The notes below the pieces were generated by a model. That model did no database searches, had not been told where the DNA came from, and saw only the letters and a list, made by a program, of their open reading frames with translations. Shown piece by piece: positions 9,907 through 17,487 of a DNA stretch of 36,574 bases. The stretch's first letter is position 1; each line of letters opens with the position of its first letter. The stretch is from Symbiobacteriaceae bacterium. Its GTDB lineage: Bacteria > Bacillota > JAAYKD01 > WRDA01. The translations under genes were made by a program, and so were the position numbers. The stretch lies in assembly GCA_009783675.1 (NCBI GenBank), contig WRDA01000001.1:1-36574 (forward strand). Direction: 5' to 3'.

Positions 9907-11666
9907 TCAAAACCAGTTCTCCACGAACTATCAGGCTGCTTGGTAGGCTCGTCCTCTATCGCCCCTGGTTATATCTGCTTAACACAATCGTCTGGATAGG
10001 TGTACACAATGTGGGTATCGTCGCCGAGTTGGCGGGAAGAGGATTTTACGATCTGCTGGAAGGTAAGCCTGCAGGATGGCCGATTCATACGGTCATAATT
10101 GTATCCTTAGCCATATATGTTTTACGCGTTATCTTTATGATGACAGGCAGTCTGGTGGATGCAGAGCATCGCTTCGTCGTGAGGAGTCTGTTGCAGAGGA
10201 ACCTGCTTAAACTAATCTATCGGCATCCTGCTGCCGAACTTCTCCCGGTGCAGGGTAGTGAAGCCATTACAATTGTCAGATCCGAAAATGATACTTTAGC
10301 TGATACCATCAGCTGGACTGTCGACCTTTTCGCCGAGGTAATCGCCCTGGTGATTGCTTTGGGCCTTTTGATGTCAATCGATTTACAGATGACCCTTATA
10401 CTGTATGCTTCCTTGCTCATCGTAGTCGGGGTTTCGACACGTCTGGAGAATGTGGTGCAGGAAGCCAGGGAAAGAGCCCAGGAGGCAGGTGCCAGGATAG
10501 GGGAGCAGATAGGAGAGATATTTGGCTCCATCCAAGCAGTTCAGATTGCCTGTGCGCAACCTTCAGTATTACAGCATCTGAACAGGCTGTATGTTACTCG
10601 CCGAAACTTCGTTTTTCGTGAGAGGATGTACAATCTGCTTTTCGACGGCATGTTCTACTTAAATTTTACCCTGCTGACCGCTATTATCCTCTGGCTTGCT
10701 TCCACCAGGCTTCTGGTCGGTGCCATGAGCGTTGGCGATCTTTCTCTGTTCATTAATTACCTGGATATGTTGACCGAAAGCGCGCTCTTCGTCGGTGTCA
10801 TTATCGTCAACTACGCCAAAAGCACGGTAGCTTTCAAGCGTTACGGTGAGGTTTCTGGGACTGAGGATTACAGTTTGCTGGTAAGAAACGATGCGGCAGA
10901 CAGAGATGAAAAGCAGGCTGACGATAGATCAGGCGCATTGGCATCTTTCGTTGGTACCAACCTTAGCCGCGCCTACCCTCAGACCGCAAAAGGCATTGCG
11001 CAGGCTGATATCGAAATCACCGCTGGTAGCTTTACGGTAATTACCGGCATAGTTGGTTCGGGAAAGACAACAGTTCTGCGTTGTTTACTGGGACTTCTGA
11101 CACTGGATGAAGGAGAGCTGAGCTGGAACGGTCAGGTCGTTAAAGATCCCAAATCCTTCTTTATACCGCCACGCTGTGCTTATGTACCACAGCAGCCCAT
11201 TCTGATCAGCGGCAGTATCAGGGATAATCTGGCGCTGGATCTGGAGTGTACGGACCAGGAGCTACTGGAGGCCTTGGCTACAGTAGATTTCCTTGCCGAC
11301 CTTGACACCATGCCCCAGGGCTTAGACACGCCAATAGGCAGCAAAGGAATGAAGCTTTCGGGAGGTCAGATGCAACGGGTAGCAACCGCGCGTGCTCTCT
11401 TACGCAAGGCGGATCTAATGGTTTTCGACGATCTTTCGTCGGCTCTTGACTTGCGAACTGAGCAGACTATTTGGCAAAACCTGAATAAAAGGGAGGCAAC
11501 CTTTCTGGTTGTCTCCCATAGACAGGCGGCTTTCCGCAGAGCTGACAAGATTATCGTCTTAAGTGATGGTCGGGTAGAAGCAACAGGAACCTGGCAGGAA
11601 TTGCTGGCGACTTCCCTGACTTTCAGAGGGTTATGGGATTTGGAGCAAACGGAGCAGGTAAGTTAG
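9903..11666 (+). CDS. ABC exporter, fused permease/ATPase half-transporter (subunit lacking the catalytic Glu)
   Basis: ATGA overlap with the upstream ABC gene. NBD motifs are Walker A GIVGSGKTT, canonical signature LSGGQMQR, Walker B LMVFDDLSS (Asp where the catalytic Glu is expected) and H-loop SHR. Confidence 0.9.
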   Translation: MIKTSSPRTIRLLGRLVLYRPWLYLLNTIVWIGVHNVGIVAELAGRGFYDLLEGKPAGWPIHTVIIVSLAIYVLRVIFMMTGSLVDAEHRFVVRSLLQRNLLKLIYRHPAAELLPVQGSEAITIVRSENDTLADTISWTVDLFAEVIALVIALGLLMSIDLQMTLILYASLLIVVGVSTRLENVVQEARERAQEAGARIGEQIGEIFGSIQAVQIACAQPSVLQHLNRLYVTRRNFVFRERMYNLLFDGMFYLNFTLLTAIILWLASTRLLVGAMSVGDLSLFINYLDMLTESALFVGVIIVNYAKSTVAFKRYGEVSGTEDYSLLVRNDAADRDEKQADDRSGALASFVGTNLSRAYPQTAKGIAQADIEITAGSFTVITGIVGSGKTTVLRCLLGLLTLDEGELSWNGQVVKDPKSFFIPPRCAYVPQQPILISGSIRDNLALDLECTDQELLEALATVDFLADLDTMPQGLDTPIGSKGMKLSGGQMQRVATARALLRKADLMVFDDLSSALDLRTEQTIWQNLNKREATFLVVSHRQAAFRRADKIIVLSDGRVEATGTWQELLATSLTFRGLWDLEQTEQVS

Positions 11667-12989
11667 TTATACATACTTTGGCAGCCAGCTACCATGCGCC
11701 TCGAAGAGGTCGTCACACATGCTGCGAATATCGTCTATGGAGAGTTCTGCCGCCGTGTGAGGATCCATTAACGCCGCTCTGTAGACATCCTCTTTGCGCC
11801 TGGTATGTGCGGCCTGGATGGTCAACAGATGGACGTTTATATTGGTTCGGTTCAGAGCAGCGCACTGTTCCGGCAGATCACCGACATAACAGGGATTTAC
11901 CCCATTGCGGTCGATCAGGCAGGGCACCTCGACACAGGAGTTGGCGGGTAAGTTGGGGATAAGCCCCGTATTAAGCACATTACCATGCACTCTGAATGCC
12001 TTATCTGTCTCTATGGCAGCGATAATAGAGGCCGCATATTCGGAGGTGCGGGTGTGAATGAGGTTTCCGTTTTCTACAATTTCGGCTCGCATCTTCTGCC
12101 AGCTTTCAATCTGTCGCACACAACGACGCAGATACTCGTCTATGGGGATGTTATAGCGAGATATTAGCTCAGGATAGTTGCGTTTGATGAACCAGGGAGT
12201 ATATTCAGCATTATGTTCACTGGATTCGGTAATATAATATCCGAACTGACGCATCAGTTCATAACGCACTTTATCTTTAGGGTTGCCAATATCACTTAAA
12301 CCGTCCAGAAAAGCGAAGGCGCGTTTTTTTATCTCCGGGTAGAGATCGTTACCGTCTTTATCACGTATTTCCAGCAGCCAGGCTTGATGGTTAATACCTG
12401 CGATATACCATTTAGCTCCCGGTAAGGTATCTTCCATGCCCAGGGGATTCAACAGTTCTCTGGCGCATCCCTGGACACTATGGCAGAGTCCAAGGGTCTT
12501 TACTCCCGTGTAGCGCAGCATGTAGCCTGTAAGAATAGACATGGGATTAGTGTAGTTAAGCAGCAGAGCATCGGGGCAAATATCCTCGATATCAGCAGCG
12601 AACTCCTCCATAACCGGTATGGTACGTAATCCGCGAAAAATGCCGCCAATGCCCAGAGTGTCGGCGATTGTTTGTTGCAACTGATATTTTTTGGGTATTG
12701 CGAAATCGGTAAGTGTGCAGGGGTCATAACCACCTATCTGGACAGCATTAACCAGATAATCTGATCCGACCAGGGCTTCGCGACGATTTAAACTGGCATT
12801 GATCTGCACATCTTTACCGAGGTTTTTAGCTATGGTTGTTAACATCAGGCGTGAATCTTCCAAACGGACAGGATCGATATCGTGGAGAGAAAACTCCAGT
12901 TCTTGGAGATCTTCGTGGAGCATAATATCTCCAAGAACAGACTTGGCGAAAACGGTACTTCCCGCACCTAAAAAACAGATCCGGGGCAT
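11667..12989 (-). CDS. melA: Glycoside hydrolase family 4 alpha-galactosidase/alpha-glucosidase (NAD+/Mn2+-dependent)
   Basis: N-terminal Rossmann motif ICFLGAGSTVFAK. Blocks QIGGYDPCTLTDF, GLCHSVQG, AGINHQAW and ESSEHNAEYTPWFIK are collinear with E. coli MelA as I recall it. AAGGAG RBS at 13005-13000. Confidence 0.85.
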   Translation of the reverse strand: MPRICFLGAGSTVFAKSVLGDIMLHEDLQELEFSLHDIDPVRLEDSRLMLTTIAKNLGKDVQINASLNRREALVGSDYLVNAVQIGGYDPCTLTDFAIPKKYQLQQTIADTLGIGGIFRGLRTIPVMEEFAADIEDICPDALLLNYTNPMSILTGYMLRYTGVKTLGLCHSVQGCARELLNPLGMEDTLPGAKWYIAGINHQAWLLEIRDKDGNDLYPEIKKRAFAFLDGLSDIGNPKDKVRYELMRQFGYYITESSEHNAEYTPWFIKRNYPELISRYNIPIDEYLRRCVRQIESWQKMRAEIVENGNLIHTRTSEYAASIIAAIETDKAFRVHGNVLNTGLIPNLPANSCVEVPCLIDRNGVNPCYVGDLPEQCAALNRTNINVHLLTIQAAHTRRKEDVYRAALMDPHTAAELSIDDIRSMCDDLFEAHGSWLPKYV

Positions 12990-13004
12990 AGATATTTCAC
13001 TCCT

Positions 13005-13019
13005 TAGTAATCATTACTA
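13005..13019 (-). promoter_or_regulatory. Candidate operator: 7-1-7 perfect inverted repeat TAGTAAT-C-ATTACTA abutting the melA RBS
   Basis: Read directly. The arms are perfectly complementary. The element shares one base with the AAGGAG RBS (13005-13000) in the melA 5' UTR. Confidence 0.4.
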
Positions 13020-13041
13020 CACATATGACTTAGATATCCTC

Positions 13042-13069
13042 TTGCATTATGCGGGGGCTTGGATATAAT
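13042..13069 (+). promoter_or_regulatory. Promoter for the YugP-type peptidase gene
   Basis: TTGCAT (13042-13047), a 16-nt spacer, then TATAAT (13064-13069), 30 nt upstream of the ATG. Confidence 0.5.
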
Positions 13070-13098
13070 TGACTCAGTACTCAACAGGGGGTTAGCTC

Positions 13099-13794
13099 AT
13101 GATCTGGCCGGGGTTTTATTATGATTCTACTATGCTCCTCATGCTGCCTGCACTTATTTTTGCACTCTATGCACAATGGAGAGTCTCTGCTGCGATTACA
13201 CATAACAATGGGATCCAAAACTCCCGGGGTATCAGCGGCCTCGATGTGGCTCGAACACTACTCACGCGTAACGGATTAGCAGAGGTGCCGGTGATACTTA
13301 CTGAAAAAGGCGATCATTATGATCCGCTAAAGCGTACTGTATGCCTTTCCCGGGACGTCTATCAGGGATCGAGCCTGACTTCCCTCGGTGTAGCCGCACA
13401 CGAGGTTGGACATGCTCTGCAGCATCAGCAGTCATACCTGCCTCTGGCTTTGCGCAGCGGCTTCTTTCCCATCGCCAATTTTGCTTCTACCGCAGCCTGG
13501 CCGATTCTGTTGCTCGGGCTGATGTTAAGCATTCCCTTCCTGATGGATCTTGGGGTGATCATCTTCGCAGCTGCAGTATTCTTTCAAATTCTCAGCCTGC
13601 CGGTGGAGTACAATGCATCGCGTAGGGCCATGCAGTTACTGCATAGCAATGGAATGATAGTCAGCAGTGAAGAACATGCAGTGAAAGGTGTTCTGGATGC
13701 AGCAGCTCTAACCTATGTGGCCGCTGCTGCCACGGCTGTCCTCACACTGCTCCGCTACATGATGCTGTCTTCAAACTCCAAGCGCAGAAGATAG
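13099..13794 (+). CDS. YugP-type membrane zinc metallopeptidase (Zn_peptidase_2 family)
   Basis: HEVGHALQH zinc motif, DHYDP motif, N- and C-terminal TM helices and LPVEYNASRRA, typical of the YugP family. AGGGGG RBS. Confidence 0.85.
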   Translation: MIWPGFYYDSTMLLMLPALIFALYAQWRVSAAITHNNGIQNSRGISGLDVARTLLTRNGLAEVPVILTEKGDHYDPLKRTVCLSRDVYQGSSLTSLGVAAHEVGHALQHQQSYLPLALRSGFFPIANFASTAAWPILLLGLMLSIPFLMDLGVIIFAAAVFFQILSLPVEYNASRRAMQLLHSNGMIVSSEEHAVKGVLDAAALTYVAAAATAVLTLLRYMMLSSNSKRRR

Positions 13795-13824
13795 AGAGCA
13801 GAAACTTATCCTTGTCACAAATTC

Positions 13825-13867
13825 AAACAAACCCCTCAACTGATATCGGCAGTTAAGGGGTTTGTTT
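13825..13867. terminator. Bidirectional intrinsic terminator between convergent yugP-like and SBP genes
   Basis: AAACAAACCCCT-c-AACTG / loop ATATCGG / CAGTT-a-AGGGGTTTGTTT. A GC-rich stem is flanked by an A-tract on the left and a T-tract on the right, so it can work on both strands. Confidence 0.8.
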
Positions 13868-13875
13868 AATCATTT

Positions 13876-15570
13876 CTACCTGATACTCACATTACTCAGG
13901 TTATTGATGTTACCATAGGGTGTGGCCTCGAAGCCGGAAAAGATATTCTGAGATACACTGATTGCTTCTGCATGATACAGGAAGAGGCAGGGCAGATCAT
14001 AGGCAAAGATCTCCAGGACTTCACGGTAGATATCCTTTGATTTCTCAGCTTCGAAGGTTACTACGCCAAGCTCCAGAAGCGCGTCGAGATCGGGATTCAT
14101 GTAGCGATAATCATTCAGACCTCCGCCGGAGTGCATATAGCGGGTGATATCAGGATCGGCATTAATTCCCATCGCCCCTATCATTGAAGCATAGGTTTCT
14201 TCCTCTGCTTCGCCGAAAATAACTGCATCCATGATATCGTAGATTAAGCCAAGAGCCATGGATGTTAGTTTCAGCTCTACTCCAACCTCCTTAAAGCGCT
14301 GCTGCAGGATCTGAGCGATCTCGGTATTTACTGTGCCTTCAGTTCCGACCAGGGTTTCAAAAGAGCAACGTATACCTTTCGGACTAATATAGATACCATC
14401 GCTTCCCTTGGTATAGCCAGCTTGTTCCAGCAGTTCTACGGCTTTCTGAGGATTGAACGGAAAAGGCTCGCCAATGTCGATATAAGCTACATGAGCTGGA
14501 GAGTATGGCGTTATACATTTGACTGCATGCCCGAAAAGTACGTTATTTATAATTTCGTCTTTATCGGTGGCCATGGTCAAAGCCTGCCTCAGGACAGGAT
14601 CTTTAAACAGTTCGATTTGAGTGTTCCAAGTGAGATAGGTAAAACCTATTCCTGGATAAACATAACCTTCGTATTTCCCTTTATCTGCCAGGATGCGATC
14701 GACATCGATGGGAGGGATACCCATGATATAGTCTATTTCTCCAGCTTCGAAAGCTGCCAGACGAACAGCATTATCAGGGATGGGTCTAACTTCAACGAAC
14801 TTAATATCTGGCACTTTACCCCAGTAGCTTTCATTGGCAGCCAGGTAGACGGCTACATCCGGTTTCCAATCTACCATTTTGTAAGGACCAGTACCAACGG
14901 CGACAGGATTATAGTTGGCATACCCATTTTGGTCAAAGCCATTGCTTTGTACATACTCTTTGCAAAGAATTCCCATGGTGAAACGGTACAGAGCAGGACC
15001 GAAGGGTTGCTTTAAGTTAAAGATGACAGTCAGATCATCAGGGGTTTCGATATAATCGATGAATCCGTATTCTACACGTTGATTTGACTTCTGGTCGGGA
15101 TCAAGAAGGGATTCGTATGTAAACTTAACATCAGCCGAGGTGAAGGGAGATCCGTCATGGAAGGTTACGCCCTCTCGCAGTTTGAAAGTCCAGACCAAAC
15201 CATCATCACTGAGCGTATAGTCCGTTGCCAGGCAGGGGACCAGGTTATAACTTCCTTCGTAGCGGACTAAACCTTCACTCAGGTAATAGATGACCAGGCC
15301 AGAACGGGAATCTGTGGTTCTGAATGGCACTAAGTACTGGATATCTGTGGTCTGACCCAGGATGAAAGTATTTCCCCCGGAGACAATAGATTTCCCATCT
15401 GAGACAGCTGGCGGTGCTTCTGTAGCTGCTGAGGGTGTAGAGGTGGTGTTAGCAGGGTTTGTGACGGCATTGCTTTGGGTGGTATTGCATGCCGACATGA
15501 TTAGCAGGAAGCCGAGGAGCAAAACAGTAATCTTTTCCGGGTTACCCTTCGTAATTAAACGGAGGTTCAT
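13876..15570 (-). CDS. ABC-transporter substrate-binding lipoprotein, family 5 (peptide/nickel, OppA/DppA-like)
   Basis: Signal peptide with lipobox LLIMSAC, then a T/S/P/A-rich linker. Size is 564 aa, with SBP_bac_5-like blocks (FHDGSPFTSADVKFTYE, YWGKVPDIKFVEVRPIPD). GAGGTG RBS at 15584-15579. Confidence 0.88.
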   Translation of the reverse strand: MNLRLITKGNPEKITVLLLGFLLIMSACNTTQSNAVTNPANTTSTPSAATEAPPAVSDGKSIVSGGNTFILGQTTDIQYLVPFRTTDSRSGLVIYYLSEGLVRYEGSYNLVPCLATDYTLSDDGLVWTFKLREGVTFHDGSPFTSADVKFTYESLLDPDQKSNQRVEYGFIDYIETPDDLTVIFNLKQPFGPALYRFTMGILCKEYVQSNGFDQNGYANYNPVAVGTGPYKMVDWKPDVAVYLAANESYWGKVPDIKFVEVRPIPDNAVRLAAFEAGEIDYIMGIPPIDVDRILADKGKYEGYVYPGIGFTYLTWNTQIELFKDPVLRQALTMATDKDEIINNVLFGHAVKCITPYSPAHVAYIDIGEPFPFNPQKAVELLEQAGYTKGSDGIYISPKGIRCSFETLVGTEGTVNTEIAQILQQRFKEVGVELKLTSMALGLIYDIMDAVIFGEAEEETYASMIGAMGINADPDITRYMHSGGGLNDYRYMNPDLDALLELGVVTFEAEKSKDIYREVLEIFAYDLPCLFLYHAEAISVSQNIFSGFEATPYGNINNLSNVSIR

Positions 15571-15655
15571 CAGGTGAACACCTCTTTCGATTAGTTTACA
15601 TATACTTTCCTGTTCGACAAGGGTACAGGCATATCTCTTCCCGAGAGATGCAAGT

Positions 15656-15684
15656 AATATACAGGATTATGAATAATAATGCAA
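15656..15684 (-). promoter_or_regulatory. Promoter for the family-5 SBP lipoprotein gene
   Basis: On the minus strand: TTGCAT (15684-15679), a 17-nt spacer, then TATATT (15661-15656). It implies a leader of about 80 nt with two short hairpins. Confidence 0.5.
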
Positions 15685-15687
15685 TAG

Positions 15688-15699
15688 GTTTTATAAAAC
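15688..15699. promoter_or_regulatory. 12-bp perfect palindrome GTTTTATAAAAC between the two divergent -35 boxes (candidate shared operator or UP element)
   Basis: Read directly: GTTTTATAAAAC equals its own reverse complement. It lies 3 nt from the minus-strand -35 and 12 nt from the plus-strand -35. Confidence 0.3.
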
Positions 15700-15711
15700 T
15701 TTTCCGCTTGC

Positions 15712-15739
15712 TTGACAAACTCGTTCATTCTGGTATGCT
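15712..15739 (+). promoter_or_regulatory. Promoter for the tandem-PEBP protein gene (extended -10)
   Basis: TTGACA (15712-15717), a 16-nt spacer ending in TGg, then TATGCT (15734-15739). Confidence 0.5.
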
Positions 15740-15781
15740 ATGTTCGTATCCATTCCCAATCTTGAAAGGGTGTGCCATGAG

Positions 15782-17305
15782 ATGAACTACTATCAACAGC
15801 GTGTGGACATCAGAAGCAAATCATACTGGATGCGAAGTGTAGTGATACTGGTTTTAGGTGTCATACTTCTGGCGTGCAACCGACAGGCATATGCTTCTAC
15901 TATACGAGAGCTTCCCCAGACCCGCATTACCGTAAATGGATCTGCGTTGGCTTTGGACCCACAAAATCCTGCTATCGAAATGAACAGCCGTATACTTGTG
16001 CCCATGCGTATTATTTTAGAAGCTTTGGGCGCTTCTATCGGCTGGGATGATACAACTCAAACCGTAACTGCCAATGTTCCAGGCATAGAAGTTGTCCTCC
16101 GTATAGGCAACAACATGGCTACCATCAACGGGGAGCTGAAGTTTCTCGATGTATTGCCTATGTTATATAATATGCGGACCTATGTGCCTGTGCGTTTCGT
16201 CAGTGAGGCTTCAGGAGCCAGCGTCGACTATGATCCAGCGACAGGCAATGTGGCGATATTCAAGGCCGGAGGGGCAGCAGTCACTCCTCCCCTTACGACT
16301 TTGCCAACTTCACCGCCTCCATCACTACCCTCAGGGATTCGTAACCTCAATATAACGACTGCTTTCACTAATGGAGGAGTCATTCCAGCAAGGTATCAGG
16401 CCAGCGATGTAGCCGGCGCTTTGGAAATGAGTCCGCGAGTATCCTGGAACGCTTTTAGCGGAGCTCAGAGTTACGCTCTGGCTTTCTTCGATGTTACACC
16501 CGACATGGATGGTTATCTCCATTGGCTGATAGTTTTGCCAGGGAATACCACCAGTTTAGCCGAAAATGCATCGCTCAATGAAACCTATCCCGATGAGGCA
16601 GAAGAGATCACAGCATACATTCCGCCCGATCTCGAGCCAGAAGACAATCGTCACGATTTTGAACTACGCGTAGTGGCTCTTTCTATCGCGGTCGAAGAAA
16701 CTGAGTTCCATGTTATCAGCGATCTCGGCGACTTCATCTCGGCAGTAAGTCCATATGCTTTGGCTCAGGGTATAGTTAGTGGGTACATTAATTATGGCAA
16801 AGAAATTACTCCTGCTCCGGTACGGCCAGGATCCCTGAGCGTTCAATCCACAGCCATGGGTTCAGCAGGTATTCCTCTTAAGTACACCGATTCCTATACC
16901 GAAACGGCGGAAGGTGATGGGATCAGTATTCCTCTTAGTTGGAGCAGAGGTCCCGGTGGGACTCTGACATATGCCTTCATTCTGGTGGATACGACACCAG
17001 GAATGGACAACTACATCCACTGGCTGGTTGCGGACATACCTCCAGGCATAACTTCCATCTCCGAGAATGCTTCGGAATTGGACAGGTTACCGGAGGAAAG
17101 TGAAGAGATCATCTACTACGAACCTCCAATGCTGGATGAAGAGGATGGTCGTCACACTTACAAATTAATCGTAGTAGCCCTAAACGATGACCTGGAAGGC
17201 ATCGAAGACTTGGAAATGGTATATACATTGGAAGAGTTCGAAGCGGCTATAGCTGGTCATGTCATGGCCAGAGGAGAGTTGAACAGCTTTTTTCAGGTTC
17301 GGTAG
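15782..17305 (+). CDS. Secreted or lipid-anchored protein: copper-amine-oxidase N-terminal (stalk) domain, Pro-rich linker and two tandem PEBP/YbhB-like domains
   Basis: The ORF is open from 15740, but that ATG sits in the predicted -10 box, so ATG 15782 or 15830 is more likely. There is a hydrophobic signal (VVILVLGVILLAC..AYA). The CuAO-N pattern reads ITVNGSALALD...ILVPMRIILEALGASIGWDDTTQTVTA...YVPVRFVSEASGASVDYD. Two paralogous PEBP-like blocks follow: SPRVSWN..YALAFFDVTPDMDGYLHWLIV..RHDFELRVVAL and IPLSWS..YAFILVDTTPGMDNYIHWLVA..RHTYKLIVVAL. Confidence 0.75.
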   Translation: MNYYQQRVDIRSKSYWMRSVVILVLGVILLACNRQAYASTIRELPQTRITVNGSALALDPQNPAIEMNSRILVPMRIILEALGASIGWDDTTQTVTANVPGIEVVLRIGNNMATINGELKFLDVLPMLYNMRTYVPVRFVSEASGASVDYDPATGNVAIFKAGGAAVTPPLTTLPTSPPPSLPSGIRNLNITTAFTNGGVIPARYQASDVAGALEMSPRVSWNAFSGAQSYALAFFDVTPDMDGYLHWLIVLPGNTTSLAENASLNETYPDEAEEITAYIPPDLEPEDNRHDFELRVVALSIAVEETEFHVISDLGDFISAVSPYALAQGIVSGYINYGKEITPAPVRPGSLSVQSTAMGSAGIPLKYTDSYTETAEGDGISIPLSWSRGPGGTLTYAFILVDTTPGMDNYIHWLVADIPPGITSISENASELDRLPEESEEIIYYEPPMLDEEDGRHTYKLIVVALNDDLEGIEDLEMVYTLEEFEAAIAGHVMARGELNSFFQVR

Positions 17306-17415
17306 GCAAACTGTAGTCCACGGCATATCCAAGTGTGTCTTCGCACAAAGGCGAGCTGAATGTTAGAAAAGGCCTCATTTTGCGGAGATGGGTATGCTGG
17401 TATCTTGTAGATATA

Positions 17416-17469
17416 AGCACCGACTTCATACTGGAGCGAGATAATGTGCTCCAGTATGAAGCCGGTGCT
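17416..17469. terminator. Long hairpin (21 of 22 bp paired, 10-nt loop) between convergent PEBP-protein and gltX genes; probable bidirectional terminator
   Basis: Left arm AGCACCGACTTCATACTGGAGC (17416-17437), loop GAGATAATGT, right arm GCTCCAGTATGAAGCCGGTGCT (17448-17469). There is one mismatch (17423/17462). It lies 18 nt beyond the gltX stop and 110 nt beyond the PEBP gene stop. Confidence 0.5.
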
Positions 17470-17487
17470 TCTTTAGCTATGTTTATT

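Noticed and set aside
11633-11962. 109-aa plus-strand ORF spanning the ABC/GH4 junction
   Set aside because: It is out of frame with the ABC gene's 3' end, then antisense to melA. Its Arg/Trp/Cys-rich composition is typical of a non-coding frame.
14422-15015. 197-aa plus-strand ORF antisense to the SBP gene. Similar long antisense ORFs are at 34026-34583, 34836-35306, 4251-4697, 1995-2480 and 8701-9012.
   Set aside because: All are fully embedded antisense in genes with strong family signatures. Their composition looks random, I saw no recognisable motifs and I found no RBS. These are typical shadow ORFs.
15740-15781. ATG 15740 as the start of the PEBP protein (ORF-track start)
   Set aside because: The ATG overlaps the predicted -10 hexamer (15734-15739), and its 14 extra residues precede any signal sequence. 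ATG 15782 is preferred, with 15830 as an alternative, but the true start is unresolved.
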